In this document: positions 27,640-35,002 of the stretch, piece by piece
Layout of the letters: each line of letters opens with the position of its first letter
How positions within the stretch are numbered: the stretch's first letter is position 1
Origin: Candidatus Magasanikbacteria bacterium RIFCSPLOWO2_12_FULL_43_12
Lineage (GTDB): Bacteria; Patescibacteriota; Patescibacteriia; Magasanikbacterales; UBA922
DNA: 64,000 nucleotides
Assembly (NCBI GenBank): GCA_001783065.1
Contig: MFQN01000019.1
Coordinates: forward strand, 309 to 64,308
Reading direction: 5' to 3'
Translations under genes and position numbers: made by a program
The notes under the pieces: generated by a model
Seen by the model: the letters and a program-made list of their open reading frames with translations, nothing else
The model's database searches: none
What the model was told of the DNA's origin: nothing

Positions 27640-29310
27640 ATGAAATTAAGCGATTACGTGTTTCAATTTATCAAAAAAGAAGTGGCAGATTCAGTTTTTT
27701 TGGTTTCCGGCGGAGGAATTATGCATTTAGTTGATTCATTGGGCAAATCAGAACTCAAATCATATTGTTGCCATCATGAACAGGCGGCGGCAATCGCGGC
27801 CGAAGGTTATGGGCGAGTGAAAAATTCGCCGGGAGTTGTCATGGTTACAACCGGTCCGGGCGGCACGAACGCGATTACCGGAATTGCCGGAGCGTGGTTG
27901 GATAGCATCCCGATGCTTGTCATAGCCGGACAGGTCAAGCGCGCAAGCATTACTCCGTGTCAAAACGGAGTACCAGTTGTCAGAGCGATTGGTTTTCAGG
28001 AATTAAATGTGATTGATTTGGTTAAGCCGATTACAAAATACGCTGTTACGGTTGAAGATGAAAAAGAAATACGTTACCATTTAGAAAAAGCCGTCTATTT
28101 ATCAAGACACGGCAGACCGGGTCCGGTTTTTGTTGAAATTCCCCTGGATGTTCAAGCAACAGAGATAGAACCGGAGAGTTTAAAATCTTTTGACCCATCA
28201 GAGGTTGAAGAAAAAATAAATTTGGATTCAGCGGCAATAAGTAAGGTCGCGGAGCTTCTTAAAAATGCAAAGAGGCCTTTGTTAATGGCAGGAAACGGGG
28301 TAAGATTGGCAGGGGGCGAAGAAATTTTATGGAAAGTTTTAAATAAATTAAAAATTAATACGATTACTCCGATTTTTACCGCCGATGATCTGGTCACTTA
28401 CGATTATCCGAAATACTTGGGACGGCAGGGGATGTGGGGGAACAAATCGGCTAATTACGCGATAGATAATTGCGATGTTTTATTAATCATAGGGGAGCGC
28501 ATGCAGCTCACGCAAGTTTCTTGGGATTACGCAAAGTTCGCGACTCAAGCGACAAAAATCATGGTGGATATTGATAAGAATGAAATGGCAAAATTTACTC
28601 TTAAAGCGGATTTTCCGATTCATTGCGACGCCAAATTATTTTTAGAAGAACTTTATAAGCAAGATATCACATTAAACGAATGGGAAGTAAAAATCGAACC
28701 GATTGACGCGGAAAAATATCCTTGTGAAAATAAATATCTGAATGTTTTTAAATTTTTTAATGAGTTAAATAATTGGCCGGTAAAAATGGCTGTTACCACT
28801 GCCAATGGCATGGCTAGCCTTGCCTCACACCAAGCGTTAAAATTACCGCGCGGAAAAAGATTCCTCACCAATGCGGGATTGGGACATATGGGCTCCGGTC
28901 TTCCAATGGCAATCGGCGCCAGCATAGCTGGCGGCAAGGCTGTGATTATGTGCATGGAAGGGGACGGCTCGCTGATGATGAATTTTCAAGAGCTACAGAC
29001 CGTTGTCCATCATCAATTGCCGATAAAAATCTTTATTTTTAATAATAACGGGTATTTTTCAATTAGAAACACCCACCTTAATTTTTTCAAGAAAATTTTT
29101 GCCGCTGATCCAACGTCCGGCGTCAGTTTGCCGGATTACCAAAAACTTATTCCGGCTTGGGGGTTGGAATTTGAACGGATTAATGATGATAGCGAATTAG
29201 ATAAATTAAAAAAAGTGATGGATTATGATGGGCCGATTGTCTGCGAACTGATGCTGGATCCATATCAGCCGCTATTGGAAAAATGGACCGCCGGGATGTT
29301 TAAAGAATAA
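27640..29310 (+). CDS. Thiamine-diphosphate-dependent enzyme, acetolactate synthase large-subunit-like (YerE-like candidate sugar C-branching enzyme)
   Basis: GPGGTNAITGIAGAWLDSIPMLVIAGQ (N-terminal Pyr domain) and a C-terminal ThDP-binding GDGS...NN motif (EGDGSLMMNFQEL...NNNGY) are present. 556 aa. Confidence 0.8.
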   Translation: MKLSDYVFQFIKKEVADSVFLVSGGGIMHLVDSLGKSELKSYCCHHEQAAAIAAEGYGRVKNSPGVVMVTTGPGGTNAITGIAGAWLDSIPMLVIAGQVKRASITPCQNGVPVVRAIGFQELNVIDLVKPITKYAVTVEDEKEIRYHLEKAVYLSRHGRPGPVFVEIPLDVQATEIEPESLKSFDPSEVEEKINLDSAAISKVAELLKNAKRPLLMAGNGVRLAGGEEILWKVLNKLKINTITPIFTADDLVTYDYPKYLGRQGMWGNKSANYAIDNCDVLLIIGERMQLTQVSWDYAKFATQATKIMVDIDKNEMAKFTLKADFPIHCDAKLFLEELYKQDITLNEWEVKIEPIDAEKYPCENKYLNVFKFFNELNNWPVKMAVTTANGMASLASHQALKLPRGKRFLTNAGLGHMGSGLPMAIGASIAGGKAVIMCMEGDGSLMMNFQELQTVVHHQLPIKIFIFNNNGYFSIRNTHLNFFKKIFAADPTSGVSLPDYQKLIPAWGLEFERINDDSELDKLKKVMDYDGPIVCELMLDPYQPLLEKWTAGMFKE

Positions 29311-29320
29311 ATTTTTCGTT

Positions 29321-29791
29321 ATGTTAACCGCCATGGAACTAAAACAATTAGTGTCTTTACTGAAAAAGATAGATAACCCTCACGAGGGCATGCCCCAGCC
29401 AATTTTTGACGCTTTGTGCGGCGTGGTCGCGTTTGTCGCGTGTGAATTGGTGGTTGTGGATAAAAAGAGGGGTATCTTGCTAACCTGGCGCAATGACAGG
29501 TGGTGGCGCGGGTGGCACTTTCCTGGCGGGCTCCTACGCTATCGTGAAAGTTTTGATGAACGGATACAGGCAGTCGCGTGGAAAGAACTTGGTGTTAATG
29601 TAGAAGATTATAAACTTCTATTTACCAAAGATTGCAGCCAAGGCGCGCGCGGCCATGTTGTTTCTTTAGTTTTTCGCTGTGAAACGGCGATGAAGCCAAA
29701 ACACGGCAAATTTTTTAAAAAAATGCCGAAAAATATCATAGACGCGCACAAAGAATTTTGGATTAAATTTGAAAAATTATTGAATAATTAA
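29321..29791 (+). CDS. Nudix-fold hydrolase with non-canonical Nudix box, GDP-mannose mannosyl hydrolase (Gmm/NudD)-like
   Basis: WHFPGGLLRYRESFDERIQAVAWKELGV parallels the Gmm [28 protein letters not shown]. 156 aa (Gmm is ~159 aa). Confidence 0.55.
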   Translation: MLTAMELKQLVSLLKKIDNPHEGMPQPIFDALCGVVAFVACELVVVDKKRGILLTWRNDRWWRGWHFPGGLLRYRESFDERIQAVAWKELGVNVEDYKLLFTKDCSQGARGHVVSLVFRCETAMKPKHGKFFKKMPKNIIDAHKEFWIKFEKLLNN

Positions 29792-29795
29792 AAAT

Positions 29796-30737
29796 ATGCC
29801 GGAAAGAAAAAAAATAAGCGTTGTTACCGCTTGTTTCAACGAGGAAGAAAATGTTGATGCCGTCTATCGACAGGTTCAAGCTGTTTTCGCCGAGTTGCCA
29901 CAATATGACTACGAGCATTTATTTATTGATAACTGCTCCACAGACAAAACAGTCAGTATTCTAAAAAATATCGCCCAAGATGATAGGCGCGTAAAGATTA
30001 TAGTTAACGCCAGAAATTTTGGCCAAGTTAGAACTGGTTGTCATGCTATTGCGCAAGCACAAGGCGATGCAGTGGTAAATTTAGTCTGTGATTTGCAGGA
30101 CCCGCCGGTTTTAATCAAAGATTTCATAAAAAAATGGGAAGAAGGTTATAAGGTAGTCATCGGAATCAAAAATAAGAGCGCCGAAAATTCGGTAATGTTC
30201 ATGATAAGAAGGGTGTATTATAATCTTATTAAAAAAATTGCTGAAATAGAACAAATTAAAAATTTTACCGGCTTTGGCCTATATGATCGGATTATTATCA
30301 ATGCCTTAAAAAAATTTGATGATCCATACCCCTATCTTCGCGGTATGATTGCGGAAGTTGGATTTGAGCGAGCTGAAATCGAATATATTCAACCTGAAAG
30401 AGAAAAAGGAAGATCCAAAAATAATTTCTATTCCCTGTATGACATGGCGATGCTTGGTTTTGTGAATCACTCCAAGATCCCGTTGCGTCTGGCCAGCTTT
30501 ATCGGGTTTGGGATGTCAATTTTAAGTTTTATAGTTGCCATGATTTATTTAGTTTATAAGTTATTATATTGGCAGGAATTTGAACTCGGTTTGGCGCCTT
30601 TGATTATTGGAATATTTTTATTCGCTTCGGTGCAATTATTTTTTATCGGAATTTTAGGAGAATATATCGGGGCGATTTATACTCAAGTGAAACACCGTCC
30701 GCTTGTCATTGAAAAGGAGAGGATTAATTTTGATTGA
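29796..30737 (+). CDS. gtrB: Family 2 glycosyltransferase, GtrB-like bactoprenol-phosphate sugar transferase (two C-terminal TM helices)
   Basis: ISVVTACFNEEENV, DNCSTDKT and DLQDPP motifs are present. The C-terminal hydrophobic segments are LASFIGFGMSILSFIVAMIYL and LIIGIFLFASVQLFFIGILG. Confidence 0.7.
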   Translation: MPERKKISVVTACFNEEENVDAVYRQVQAVFAELPQYDYEHLFIDNCSTDKTVSILKNIAQDDRRVKIIVNARNFGQVRTGCHAIAQAQGDAVVNLVCDLQDPPVLIKDFIKKWEEGYKVVIGIKNKSAENSVMFMIRRVYYNLIKKIAEIEQIKNFTGFGLYDRIIINALKKFDDPYPYLRGMIAEVGFERAEIEYIQPEREKGRSKNNFYSLYDMAMLGFVNHSKIPLRLASFIGFGMSILSFIVAMIYLVYKLLYWQEFELGLAPLIIGIFLFASVQLFFIGILGEYIGAIYTQVKHRPLVIEKERINFD

Positions 30738-31120
30738 TTTCCGCCATGTTGGAAAAGTTGATAAAAAATCAATTTATCAGGTTTTTATTTGCCGGCGGGC
30801 TGAATACCGTATTTGGTTATGGTATTTTTTCTTTTTTTCTTTGGCTCGGCCTGCATTATTCTTTGGCGTCGTTGTTGAGCACTTTTTTTGGCATTTTATT
30901 TAATTTTAAAACTACCGGTATTATTGTGTTTAATTCCCGCAATAATTTGTTGATTTTAAAATTTTTTGGTGTTTATGGGGTGACGTATGTTTTGGGTGTG
31001 TTTATCATGTATCTGTTCAGTCTTTTGCATATCAGCGCCTATATTTCCGGAGCGATATTGATTTTACCGATGGCATGCGTGGCTTTTCTTCTAAATAAGC
31101 GTTTTGTCTTCAGGTCTTGA
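30734..31120 (+). CDS. gtrA: GtrA-family small membrane protein (putative lipid-linked sugar translocation component)
   Basis: 128 aa with 4 TM helices. FIRFLFAGGLNTVFGYGIF matches the GtrA-like family N-terminus. It overlaps gtrB by ATGA. Confidence 0.65.
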   Translation: MISAMLEKLIKNQFIRFLFAGGLNTVFGYGIFSFFLWLGLHYSLASLLSTFFGILFNFKTTGIIVFNSRNNLLILKFFGVYGVTYVLGVFIMYLFSLLHISAYISGAILILPMACVAFLLNKRFVFRS

Positions 31121-31146
31121 CATTCGTCTCATTAATGTGATATAAA
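31117..31146 (+). promoter_or_regulatory. Consensus sigma70 promoter (TTGACA-N18-TGaTATAAA) upstream of the GC-rich gene
   Basis: TTGACA at 31117-31122 overlaps the gtrA stop codon. The extended -10 is TGaTATAAA at 31138-31146. AAAGGAGG (31183-31190) follows, 6 nt before ATG 31197. Confidence 0.5.
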
Positions 31147-31196
31147 AGAGTGTCTTTTGGCTATGGTGGCCAAGAGCGAACAAAAGGAGGAAATAG

Positions 31197-31742
31197 ATGA
31201 CTACGGACGAAGCCGTTGCCGTTCTGTCGGGGCTGGACCCGCAGAGCGACGAGTTCAGGGGGGTTCTATCGCGCCTTTTGGGGCGCGTCGACCCCAAGAA
31301 GCCGTACGGCGCGACGTTGTTCGACGCCTTGGCGCGGCTCACGACGAGCGAGGCAGTGGAGGCGGTGCTTGTGCGCTGGGGTGCGGATAATCAACTGGAA
31401 GTCTACATGACCCAGCGCGGATCAGACGAGGCCTACCCAAATGAGTGGCACTTGCCAGGATCCATCTACCGTCCGGGCGAGGATACGGCGGATGTCATGG
31501 CGCGGCTGTCTCAGCGAGAATTTGGATGCAAGATCACCGGCTGGAGGCAGGTAGACCACTTTCGCCATGCGGAAGCTCGCGGCTGGTTCAGCGCTTTTGT
31601 CTTCATGCTGGAGGTGGAAGGCGAGCCGCGGAACGCACGCGGCGCATGGTACCTCGTTGACAACCTTCCGCCGAACACGGTCCGCCATCATGTGGAGCGT
31701 ATCATCCCAGCGGCCACTGCGGCCTTCTCCGGCCAGTCCTAG
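31197..31742 (+). CDS. GC-rich (~65% GC) divergent paralog of the 29321-29791 Gmm-like Nudix hydrolase
   Basis: FDAL...WHLPGS...REFG...ARGWFSAFVFMLE aligns collinearly with FDAL...WHFPGG...KELG...ARGHVVSLVFRCE of 29321-29791, with the same 54-55 aa spacing from WH to the conserved E. The gene has a perfect SD and ATG. Overlapping ORFs in other frames are GC artefacts. Confidence 0.55.
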   Translation: MTTDEAVAVLSGLDPQSDEFRGVLSRLLGRVDPKKPYGATLFDALARLTTSEAVEAVLVRWGADNQLEVYMTQRGSDEAYPNEWHLPGSIYRPGEDTADVMARLSQREFGCKITGWRQVDHFRHAEARGWFSAFVFMLEVEGEPRNARGAWYLVDNLPPNTVRHHVERIIPAATAAFSGQS

Positions 31743-31767
31743 GCCATCCACAATTTCCTACCAATCA

Positions 31768-31791
31768 GGGAGCGCGTCCAGCCGCGCTCCC
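31768..31791 (+). terminator. GC-rich hairpin (9-bp perfect stem GGGAGCGCG/CGCGCTCCC, 6-nt loop) immediately after the GC-rich gene
   Basis: A perfect inverted repeat lies 26 nt after the stop codon, followed by a weak T-tract (ATTTTGATT). Confidence 0.45.
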
Positions 31792-31812
31792 AATCCCTTC
31801 ATAATTTTGATT

Positions 31813-31833
31813 CCGCTTTTGGCGGTTTTTTTT
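31813..31833 (+). terminator. Short hairpin (CCGC-tttt-GGCGG) followed by T8 tract; candidate intrinsic terminator
   Basis: ccgcttttggcggtttttttt. The stem is short (4-5 bp) but the U-tract is strong. Confidence 0.4.
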
Positions 31834-31928
31834 GACTTTTTTTGAAAAGATGCTAAACTGTGAACATGGCGGGTTTTAGCGTCAGGCGGAAAATATGATT
31901 ATTTTTTGCTTCAATAACAATTTATTCT

Positions 31929-33233
31929 ATGGACAAAAATTTACAAGAGGCATTAGTGAATGAATATCGGAAAAGATTTCCACCCAAAGAATTTGTTCCC
32001 GGAGAATCACCGGTGCGGATATCCGGCACAGTTTCTGATGAGCAAGAAGTGCTGTTCGGAGTTGAGGCTGTGCTTGACAGCTGGTGGACAGAAGGAAGAT
32101 TTAGCGACGAGTTTGAAGAAAAGATGAATCATCTGCTGGGAGTAAAATACACCTCGTTGGTTAATTCCGGTTCTTCGGCTAATCTGGTGGCTTTGACTGC
32201 TTTGACATCTCCTAAACTTGGGGATAAAAGATTAAAAGAGGGCGATGAAGTGATAACCGTTGCCGCCGGCTTTCCAAGCACGGTTAATCCGATTATTCAA
32301 AACGGATTAGTGCCGGTTTTTGTTGATGTGGATTTGGGAACTTATAACATCAATATTGATGGATTAAAAAACGCCATCGGACCAAAAACTCGAGCGATAA
32401 TGATCGCGCATACTCTAGGCAATCCTTTCGCGCTTGATGTTATTATTGATATTTGCAAAAAAAATAATTTGTGGTTGGTAGAAGATAATTGCGACGCGCT
32501 TGGTTCAAAATATAATGGAAAATACACCGGCACCTTCGGCCATGTTTCCACCTGCAGTTTCTATCCGGCGCATCATATTACCATGGGCGAGGGCGGGGCG
32601 GTGTTTACGAGCGATAATTTGTTGAATGGAATAATCCGGTCGGTCCGCGATTGGGGCCGGGATTGCTATTGCAAAACCGGACATGATAATACTTGCGGAA
32701 TGAGATTTGGCTGGCAATTGGGGGATTTGCCGTTTGGTTATGACCACAAGTATATCTATTCTGAAATCGGGTATAATCTAAAGCTGACGGATATCCAGGC
32801 TGCTATCGGCGTGGCGCAGTTGGGCAAACTTGAAGGATTCATTAAAAAGAGAAAAGATAATTTCAAGTTTTTGTATGATTCTTTGAAAAAATACGAAGAA
32901 TATTTTATTTTGCCGAAATGGGAGGAAAAAGCCGAGCCAAGTTGGTTTGGATTTTTATTGACGGTGAGAGAGGAAGCGCCGTTTGGCCGCAATCAGATTG
33001 TCCAACACTTGCAAGAGAGTAATATCGCTACCAGATATTTATTTGCCGGCAATCTCGTTAAACAGCCGTATTTTATTGATAATCAAGTTAAGTATCGGGT
33101 AGTGGGAGATTTGGACAATACCGATAAAGTGATGAAAAATACTTTTTGGATTGGGTGCTACCCGGGTTTGACGGAAGAGATGTTGAGTTATGTAATTGAA
33201 AATTTTAATGATTTTTGTAAAAATTTTAAATAA
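31929..33233 (+). CDS. rfbH: CDP-6-deoxy-D-xylo-4-hexulose 3-dehydrase-like (RfbH/DdhC/E1 family; PMP-dependent DegT-fold enzyme with His in place of the Schiff-base Lys)
   Basis: LVNSGSSANLVALTALTSPKLGDKRLKEGDEVITVAAGFPSTVNPIIQNGLVPVFVDVDLGTYNI matches the conserved E1 core. CSFYPAHHITMGEGG has His where aminotransferases have Lys. 434 aa (E1 is ~437 aa). Confidence 0.7.
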   Translation: MDKNLQEALVNEYRKRFPPKEFVPGESPVRISGTVSDEQEVLFGVEAVLDSWWTEGRFSDEFEEKMNHLLGVKYTSLVNSGSSANLVALTALTSPKLGDKRLKEGDEVITVAAGFPSTVNPIIQNGLVPVFVDVDLGTYNINIDGLKNAIGPKTRAIMIAHTLGNPFALDVIIDICKKNNLWLVEDNCDALGSKYNGKYTGTFGHVSTCSFYPAHHITMGEGGAVFTSDNLLNGIIRSVRDWGRDCYCKTGHDNTCGMRFGWQLGDLPFGYDHKYIYSEIGYNLKLTDIQAAIGVAQLGKLEGFIKKRKDNFKFLYDSLKKYEEYFILPKWEEKAEPSWFGFLLTVREEAPFGRNQIVQHLQESNIATRYLFAGNLVKQPYFIDNQVKYRVVGDLDNTDKVMKNTFWIGCYPGLTEEMLSYVIENFNDFCKNFK

Positions 33234-33235
33234 GC

Positions 33236-35002
33236 ATGTTGACTAAAGAGAAATTAATATCCGCCGTAAAAAATTATTATTTAGTTATCATATTTTCCAT
33301 TATTGTTGGCTTGCTTTCGTTATCCCAACAGTTTCTAGCCATTAGCGCTCTTGGAAAATCCTACAACGGAGTTCCGATGTTTAATGCTGCTAATATGGAT
33401 TTTTATTTAACCAGAGTGAGGGATCTGATGGATGGCCACGGTTTGGTTAGTTCCGCCTTTTATTTTGAATATAAGAATAATTTTCCGGTAATATTTCCAA
33501 CCAATGAACATTTATATGCCTTAATCGGCCGCATCATTGGCTTATCCACCACAGAAATAATACTCTTGAATCAATTTTTATTTCCCGCTTTTTTATTTTT
33601 ACTGATTTATTTTTTGGTCATCAAATTAACTGATGGCCATACTACTGCGGGCCGTCTCAATGCGGTGGGAACAGGTTTGTTGGTCATATTTGGTTATGAA
33701 TTTACGGATATAAAATTTTCTTGGCTTGTGTTAAGCGGCCAACTGCCTTATTTACATGGCCTATTATGGAATAGGCCCGTTAATCCAATTATTGGAGTGA
33801 TGCTATTATTTCTATTGTTGTTAATTTTATGGCAAATAGTTAATAAAAAAGGCCGTTATTGGTCTTTGTTCGCAGGAGTTATTATCGCGCTGGGAGTGGG
33901 ATATTATTTCACATTGATCATGTCACTTTCTATTGCTGGTGTTCTGGCGTTAATTTATTTTTTAAAAAAGGAATACTCTATCTCATTCAATTTATTTCTT
34001 GCCATCATCTTTAGTTTCTTTTTTTCTTCGCCGTATTGGTATATGGTGATAAGAGCGTTGGTTGAGAGTAAGGGAGGAGTAGTTGGTATATTCGGCGGGG
34101 TTTTTACCCGTCAGTTGGTTTTTAATAAAGTGTTATTAGCCGGTAGCGCCATATTTTTTTTCTGTTTTATAAAAGAATATTTACAACAAAAAAAAATTGC
34201 TGGGAAAATTGATTCGTGGTGGTTTTTTTGTCTAGCTTTTTTTATCGGAGGTCTGGCAGCGTTTAATATTCAGGTTATTACCGGTATCAACATCTCGCAT
34301 CCTCACTTTGTGCAATTTACGATTCCTTTAACCCTCGTTGCGTTAATGGTGCTTAGCTTTAATTTTTTGCGTCCGCGTTTTTCCAAAATTTGGTATGTTG
34401 TGTTAATAGCGGTTTTTGCATCCACTCTGTTTTTTGGTGTTCAAACCGCGCGTTCCTATGTGTTGGGACTAAGCTATTTTTCAGAAACTCAAAAATTTAA
34501 CGAGATGTTTAAGTGGATTGACATTAATACGCCAAAAGATTGCGTTATTTTTGTGGCCGAAAGAGAAGACGATACGATTTCTAGGCTACTTACTGGGTTA
34601 ACTCACTGTAATATTTATTACATATCAAGGGGGGCCAGCGCGGAAGCCACGGCGGAGAGAAATTACCACAATTTTTTATCGTTTTTGAGGATGAATGAAG
34701 TGCAACCAGCGGAAGTTGAGAATTATCTTAAGAATCATTTTTTGCTGGTAAGTCTTAATTTCTTTAAAAACTGGGATCAATTATTTAGTCCAGGATACCA
34801 GCAATGGATGGCTGAGCCGGTCAGACGGGTAGCGGAAGATTATCCCGTATTTTTTAAAAAAGATTTCTCCACTGAGTTAAGGCGGTACAAAATTGATTAT
34901 CTTTTGTCGCCTAAGGAATTGTCAGAGTCGCTTCTAAAAACACTGCCTTCAATAAAACTACTTCATCAGGCCGGGGGACTCCACCTTTATCGGTTTGAGT
35001 GA
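33236..35002 (+). CDS. Large polytopic membrane protein (about 12-14 TM) with C-terminal soluble domain; GtrC/GT-C-like glycosyltransferase or polymerase candidate
   Basis: Hydrophobicity pattern only. It follows gtrBA and rfbH. Its 3' end overlaps the convergent gene by 45 bp. Confidence 0.4.
   Translation: MLTKEKLISAVKNYYLVIIFSIIVGLLSLSQQFLAISALGKSYNGVPMFNAANMDFYLTRVRDLMDGHGLVSSAFYFEYKNNFPVIFPTNEHLYALIGRIIGLSTTEIILLNQFLFPAFLFLLIYFLVIKLTDGHTTAGRLNAVGTGLLVIFGYEFTDIKFSWLVLSGQLPYLHGLLWNRPVNPIIGVMLLFLLLLILWQIVNKKGRYWSLFAGVIIALGVGYYFTLIMSLSIAGVLALIYFLKKEYSISFNLFLAIIFSFFFSSPYWYMVIRALVESKGGVVGIFGGVFTRQLVFNKVLLAGSAIFFFCFIKEYLQQKKIAGKIDSWWFFCLAFFIGGLAAFNIQVITGINISHPHFVQFTIPLTLVALMVLSFNFLRPRFSKIWYVVLIAVFASTLFFGVQTARSYVLGLSYFSETQKFNEMFKWIDINTPKDCVIFVAEREDDTISRLLTGLTHCNIYYISRGASAEATAERNYHNFLSFLRMNEVQPAEVENYLKNHFLLVSLNFFKNWDQLFSPGYQQWMAEPVRRVAEDYPVFFKKDFSTELRRYKIDYLLSPKELSESLLKTLPSIKLLHQAGGLHLYRFE

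Noticed and set aside
29321-29791. Canonical Nudix box (GX5EX7REUXEEXGU) in the 156-aa protein
   Set aside because: The box is degenerate (AVAWKELGV instead of REUxEExGU), so a generic MutT-type call was not made. The pattern matches the Gmm/NudD-type variant instead, hence the Gmm-like call at moderate confidence.
30703-30903. 66-aa ORF overlapping the gtrB/gtrA junction in another frame
   Set aside because: It is fully contained within better-supported GtrB C-terminus and GtrA N-terminus coding frames and has no start context.
31091-31845. Six overlapping ORFs in other frames/strands across the GC-rich cassette (31091-31342 -, 31157-31390 +, 31216-31410 +, 31422-31751 -, 31445-31660 +, 31567-31845 +)
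   Set aside because: High-GC DNA lacks stop codons in all frames. Only 31197-31742 has an SD/ATG and family similarity (to the upstream Nudix gene). The others are Arg/Ala/Gly-rich low-complexity translations.
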